47,880 nt of DNA from an uncultured bacterium (GTDB lineage: Bacteria; Hinthialibacterota; Hinthialibacteria; Hinthialibacterales; Hinthialibacteraceae). The notes under the pieces were generated by a model. The model worked only from the letters and a program-made list of their open reading frames with translations. It was not told the origin of the DNA and did not search any database. The stretch covers positions 2,844 to 50,723 of the forward strand of contig CAZXSQ010000001.1 of assembly GCA_964643335.1 (NCBI GenBank), written 5' to 3'. Made by a program: the position numbers and the translations under genes. This document shows positions 43,918-47,880 of this stretch, piece by piece. Within the stretch, counting starts at the first letter, position 1; each line of letters begins with the position of its first letter.

Positions 43918-45816
43918 ATGAACATGAATGATAAAATTACCCGGCGAAATTTTTTGGGCACGACAACAACCGCTTTGTCGGCTGGCGCGTTGCTCGAGAA
44001 AACCGCCTTTTCTGATTCTTCTAATCCCAGACCCAATATTCTTTGGGTGACAAGTGAGGATAATGGCCCCCATCTAGGCGCTTATGGTGACAAGTTTGCG
44101 AACACACCCAATATCGACGCCTTGGCTGCTAAAGGTGTTATTTACCTTCATGCCTGGTCAACCGCACCGGTTTGCGCTCCGGCACGAACCACAATCATTT
44201 CCGGTGTCTATCCACCCTGCACTGGTTCCGAACATATGCGAAGCATGATTCCCATGCCCCCGCATATGAGAATGTTCCCGCAATATCTTCGTGAAGCCGG
44301 TTACTATTGCACAAACAACAGTAAAGAAGACTACAACCTAAAAAAACCCGGCAAAGTCTGGGATGAATCCAGCAGAAAGGCACATTGGAGAAACCGAAAA
44401 CCAGGCCAGCCCTTTTTTGCCGTATTCAATTTCACCACAACCCATGAAAGCCAAATACGAAAACGCCCGCACGATTTTGAACACGATCCGGATAAGGTGA
44501 ATATTCCGGCCTATCATCCGGATACACCGGAAGTGCGGAAAGACTGGGCGCAGTATTATGACAAAATGACTGAGATGGATGCCCAGGTCGGTAAAGTATT
44601 GCAGGAACTGGAAGAAGACGGTTTGGCTGAAGATACCATTGTTTTCTACTATGGCGATCACGGCCCTGGGATGCCCCGTTCCAAACGTTGGCCCTACAAC
44701 TCAGGCCTTCGTGTCCCTATGGTGGTTCACACCCCAGAAAAATTCAAACACCTGGCCGCACTGGATTACAAACCGGGCGGAGAGTCTAACAGGCTTGTCG
44801 GATTCATCGATCTCGCTCCTACCGTCCTTAGCCTGGCTGGAATCAAACCGCCGGAATACATGCAGGGCCATGCATTCTTAGGTCAATATACCGAACCCAA
44901 ACCGTACTTTGCCTTCGGTTTTCGCGGCCGTATGGATGAACGCTATGACATGGTGCGCACCGCCCGTGATGAACGGTATATTTATATCCGCAATTACATG
45001 CCGCATAAAATCTACGGTCAGCACATTGCCTACATGTTCCAAACCCCAACCACACAAGTCTGGAAAAAACTCTATGACCAAGGCAAACTGGAACCGCCCA
45101 AAACCTATTTCTGGGAAACCAAACCCCCCGAAGAACTTTATGATTTGGAAAACGATCCGGATGAAGTGAATAACCTGGCCGATTCACCCGATCATCATGA
45201 AATTCTGGAACGGTTACGCAATGCCCAGCAGGATTTAGCCGTAAAAATTCGAGATGTCGGTTTCCTGCCGGAAAATCAAATCCATACCCGCTCTGAAGGT
45301 TCCACTCCATATGAAATGGGACACGATCTGCAAAAATATCCGATAATACAAATCATGGCCACAGCGGAGTTAGCCTCTTCTTTAAAAGAAAATACAGTCT
45401 TGAAGCTGCAGCAAAGATATCAGGATCAAGACAGCGCTGTACGCTATTGGGCGGTGATGGGTATTCTCATGCGTGGAAAATCGGCTGTCCAATCTTCAAG
45501 AGAGTTACTTTATAAAGCACTTGAAGATACCAGCCCAAGTGTAAGAATCACAGCGGCTCAGGCACTTGGTGAATACAGCAATCAGCAAGATGTGGATAAA
45601 GCCATTTCCGTTTTAATCGATTTAGCCTCCATTAGGAAACATGGACTTTTTGTGTCTATGCTCTCCCTCAACGCCATCGACGCATTAGGAAACAAAGCCA
45701 AACCAATATTGGATCAAATTAAAGCCCTCCCCAAATACGACGATTCCGTTCATGGCAGACTCAGGAATTACGTGGCTAGGTTGATTGAGGATATTACTGA
45801 GAATTTGGAGGCGTGA
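43918..45816 (+). CDS. Tat-exported formylglycine-type sulfatase with a C-terminal HEAT-like repeat extension
   Basis: TRRNFLGTTTTALSAGAL signal. NILWVTSEDNGPHLGAYGD, then the C-x-P-x-R signature in STAPVCAPARTTIISG. YYGDHG. The C-terminal ~150 aa carry HEAT/PBS-lyase-like repeats (DSAVRYWAVMGIL; SPSVRITAAQALGEY). Start is the ATG at 43918 or 43924; GGAGG lies at 43913-43917. Confidence 0.9.
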   Translation: MNMNDKITRRNFLGTTTTALSAGALLEKTAFSDSSNPRPNILWVTSEDNGPHLGAYGDKFANTPNIDALAAKGVIYLHAWSTAPVCAPARTTIISGVYPPCTGSEHMRSMIPMPPHMRMFPQYLREAGYYCTNNSKEDYNLKKPGKVWDESSRKAHWRNRKPGQPFFAVFNFTTTHESQIRKRPHDFEHDPDKVNIPAYHPDTPEVRKDWAQYYDKMTEMDAQVGKVLQELEEDGLAEDTIVFYYGDHGPGMPRSKRWPYNSGLRVPMVVHTPEKFKHLAALDYKPGGESNRLVGFIDLAPTVLSLAGIKPPEYMQGHAFLGQYTEPKPYFAFGFRGRMDERYDMVRTARDERYIYIRNYMPHKIYGQHIAYMFQTPTTQVWKKLYDQGKLEPPKTYFWETKPPEELYDLENDPDEVNNLADSPDHHEILERLRNAQQDLAVKIRDVGFLPENQIHTRSEGSTPYEMGHDLQKYPIIQIMATAELASSLKENTVLKLQQRYQDQDSAVRYWAVMGILMRGKSAVQSSRELLYKALEDTSPSVRITAAQALGEYSNQQDVDKAISVLIDLASIRKHGLFVSMLSLNAIDALGNKAKPILDQIKALPKYDDSVHGRLRNYVARLIEDITENLEA

Positions 45817-45948
45817 AAAGCATTTGTTTCTTTCTCAACTTATTAATACATTATGTGCATGTCTTTCACATATCTTCTATCACTCTTGTCAACTCAGTAT
45901 TATTGTGGGCTATAATTAGAGACACATACGAAGAGTTCGTTTTCATCC

Positions 45949-46230
45949 ATGAGGTATTCCATGTTTGAGTTTGATCGTATTACATTCGATCCGAAAATTA
46001 TGGGTGGCAAAGCGTGTATTCGGGGCATGCGTGTGACCGTTTCTCTTATTGTCAACCTGGTTGCCAATGGAATGCAGACTGAAGAAATTGTTCAAGCGTA
46101 TCCTTATCTTGAAACTGATGATGTTCAGCAAGCGCTTCGATATGCTGCTTGGTTGGCTGAAGAAACTGTTCATCCTATCGAATTAATAACCACAAGGAGT
46201 TATCATTTCAGTTACAGAAGGTCAAATTAG
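45949..46230 (+). CDS. DUF433-domain protein (antitoxin-like helix-turn-helix), apparently without its usual partner
   Basis: ITFDPKIMGGKACIRGMRVTVSLIVNLVANGMQTEEIVQAYPYLETDDVQQALRYAAWLAEE is the DUF433 pattern. About 20 unrelated residues follow before the stop. Confidence 0.75.
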   Translation: MRYSMFEFDRITFDPKIMGGKACIRGMRVTVSLIVNLVANGMQTEEIVQAYPYLETDDVQQALRYAAWLAEETVHPIELITTRSYHFSYRRSN

Positions 46231-46475
46231 AATTAGAAATCTTCCTTTGAACAAATGAGAATCATGAATAATTCGAACGGATCCCTTAAGAAAGATGATT
46301 TAGTTTGCTTCTGCTGGCAAATAATTCTCCAACGCCCATGATTTCGAAGAACCGACCTCTTCCTTCCATCCAGTGAAATAAAGCATTTTCCCATCAAGGC
46401 TCCTCCTTTCCCCTTTATTTATTATTCAGAAACTAACAAAATTTAATCACCGTCAATATTTAAAAGGATCCTCCA

Positions 46476-47880
46476 ATGACAGTGTATCCCTATCATTTTA
46501 GAACAATCTTGTTTCTTGCATGTGTGATCGGTGTAGTCCTGATTCCGCCTCCCATTTATGGTCATGAGGAGATAATATGGGTTCAGGCAAGTGAAGCCGA
46601 GTCTGTTTCGGGTCCGTTCGTGTTCGGAGAAGAAACCGGACTTGTGGAAGAGGGAACGTTAGGTGATTTTCTGGTCTCCACTGTTTGTGTGACGGAGGAC
46701 AAACTGACTGGAGGGTACGCTCAATATCGTATACAAGTTCCCAGAACAGCGGCCTATTATGTCTGGGCACGATTACGATATCAATCCGGTCTGGCCGAAT
46801 CATTTGCTCTGATTCCGGAAGGTGAAACTCCAACGGCTGACATCTCACGATGTATCGGCAATAGTGAAATTGGTGTGCGGGAATGGCATTGGGACAGCCG
46901 TGGACAAGGACCTGAAAGCAGACCAGGTGCAGCCCGATTCACTCTCCCACTTCAGTCGGGAGAATTTAGATTTCGAATCTATCCACGTGAAGCCAACGTT
47001 ACGGTATTCAAACACGGTGATTGGCGTATGGGCCGGCCTATGTTTAACCCCCGTTTGAATATACTCTGCTTCACTACCGATCCGGAGTACATCCCCACCG
47101 ATGCAGACGCACAGCATGCTTTGAAGCTTGAGGCTAGAGAAATCAAGGAAAACGCCATTCAAAGTAAATCGAACGATCTTCCAAACGTCTCACAAGAGGA
47201 TTTGCACCATCTCCACAAAAAGAGAATTCCTGATTGGTTGAGAGTTCCCAGGTTTTTCACTAAAGATTCCTGGCGTCATGAACTCATGTCACGCCGCCCC
47301 GGCGATATCGCTTTCATGGTTCGGCAGATTGCGGCAAATAATGGTAACGCATTTCGTCTAAGTGCTTACTGGGGGGGGGAAACCTATTTCCAAAGCCAGG
47401 TCGCGCCTCATGCCCCTGGATTGGGATCACTTGATTATTTACGTGAAGCACTCGATGAAGGAGAGCGGCTCGGAGTAAAAATTATTATGTACATCAATCC
47501 GAACGCTCTCTATAGCAACCATCCCCTTTTCCAGGAAACCACCATCCGCCGAGCTGATGGTTCCCGCTGGGACAGAAAGGCCTATGGTATTCCGAACACA
47601 GGATTTGTTTGTTTCAACCATCCAAAATACCGTAAATATATAAAAGATTTGTTGACGGAAGTTTTCACTGAATACAAACCGGCAGGTCTTTATGTTGACG
47701 GGCTTACCCCGCATCGATGCTTTTGTGAGCATTGCCAAAAAAAATACCGTTTGATGTGGGATACGGATATGCCTGTAGAAAAGCTGGAAAAAGGACGAGT
47801 TTGGAATGTGCTTTGGGAAATGGTGAGTCAGCCTGAATTGATCGGTGATCCGGATGATCCGGATACAAAGCGATATACCC
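46476..47880 (+). CDS. Secreted hypothetical protein, CBM-like N-terminal domain plus glycoside-hydrolase-like TIM-barrel region. 3' end lies outside the window.
   Basis: Absent from the track because there is no stop in the window. The frame stays open from the ATG at 46476 to 47880 (468 codons): MTVYPYHFRTILFLACVIGVVLIPPPIYG (signal)...YRIQVPRTAAYYVWARLRY...GNAFRLSAYWGGETYFQS...GVKIIMYINPN...LYVDGL. Three minus-strand track ORFs here are antisense shadows. Confidence 0.7.
   Translation, partial: MTVYPYHFRTILFLACVIGVVLIPPPIYGHEEIIWVQASEAESVSGPFVFGEETGLVEEGTLGDFLVSTVCVTEDKLTGGYAQYRIQVPRTAAYYVWARLRYQSGLAESFALIPEGETPTADISRCIGNSEIGVREWHWDSRGQGPESRPGAARFTLPLQSGEFRFRIYPREANVTVFKHGDWRMGRPMFNPRLNILCFTTDPEYIPTDADAQHALKLEAREIKENAIQSKSNDLPNVSQEDLHHLHKKRIPDWLRVPRFFTKDSWRHELMSRRPGDIAFMVRQIAANNGNAFRLSAYWGGETYFQSQVAPHAPGLGSLDYLREALDEGERLGVKIIMYINPNALYSNHPLFQETTIRRADGSRWDRKAYGIPNTGFVCFNHPKYRKYIKDLLTEVFTEYKPAGLYVDGLTPHRCFCEHCQKKYRLMWDTDMPVEKLEKGRVWNVLWEMVSQPELIGDPDDPDTKRYT

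Noticed and set aside
46498-47738. Three minus-strand track ORFs (46498..46848, 46845..47162, 47439..47738)
   Set aside because: All lie antisense to a single uninterrupted + strand frame (46476 to the window end). That frame has a signal peptide and GH-like motifs. These are shadow ORFs.

Overview
All product calls below come from reading motifs in the ORF translations and the DNA. No homology search, HMM search or RNA folding was run. Gene content: the window is chromosomal DNA with the gene content of a glycan-degrading heterotroph. My guess is an uncultivated PVC/FCB-type lineage (Planctomycetota, Verrucomicrobiota/Kiritimatiellota, Latescibacterota or Poribacteria-like), but this is inference from gene content only. 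The window holds about 38 credible CDSs. Many are exported enzymes with twin-arginine or Sec signals: a Gfo/Idh/MocA oxidoreductase, a xylose-isomerase-like TIM barrel, a sulfatase, a DUF5060/GH-like protein, other GH-like proteins, and two tandem ~1035-aa double-Rossmann FAD-oxidoreductase-like paralogs. Housekeeping genes recognised: folD, dtd, nfo, a threonine aldolase, an IscA-like protein, an OPT transporter and a NagB-like gene. A six-gene minus-strand operon includes a Maf/DUF115-type glycosyltransferase, a signal-less BNR/sialidase-fold protein and a polytopic GT-C-like membrane protein. An ECF sigma / FecR-like anti-sigma / 906-aa multi-prealbumin-domain module and a PadR unit are also present. 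There is a small, partly decayed type II toxin-antitoxin islet: a VapC remnant, an orphan HicB and an intact RelE-family pair. Two CDSs run off the window edges and are missing from the ORF track (1..810 minus, 46476..47880 plus). One 59-aa zinc-ribbon ORF falls below the track threshold. Not seen: rRNA, tRNA, CRISPR array, transposase, integrase or reverse transcriptase. Non-coding structure: intergenic DNA is dense with GC-rich palindromic repeats. These include REP-like hairpins with GTAG/CTAC feet whose stems covary, short CCGCC/ACAGGCG/CAAGCG palindromes, and larger nested inverted-repeat (MITE-like) elements that occur in long and short versions. Candidates: the best leads for something undescribed are (i) the tandem Tat-exported dual-FAD-module proteins with helical-repeat tails at the window centre and (ii) the Maf / BNR / GT-C operon. 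Neither can be called novel without database searches.
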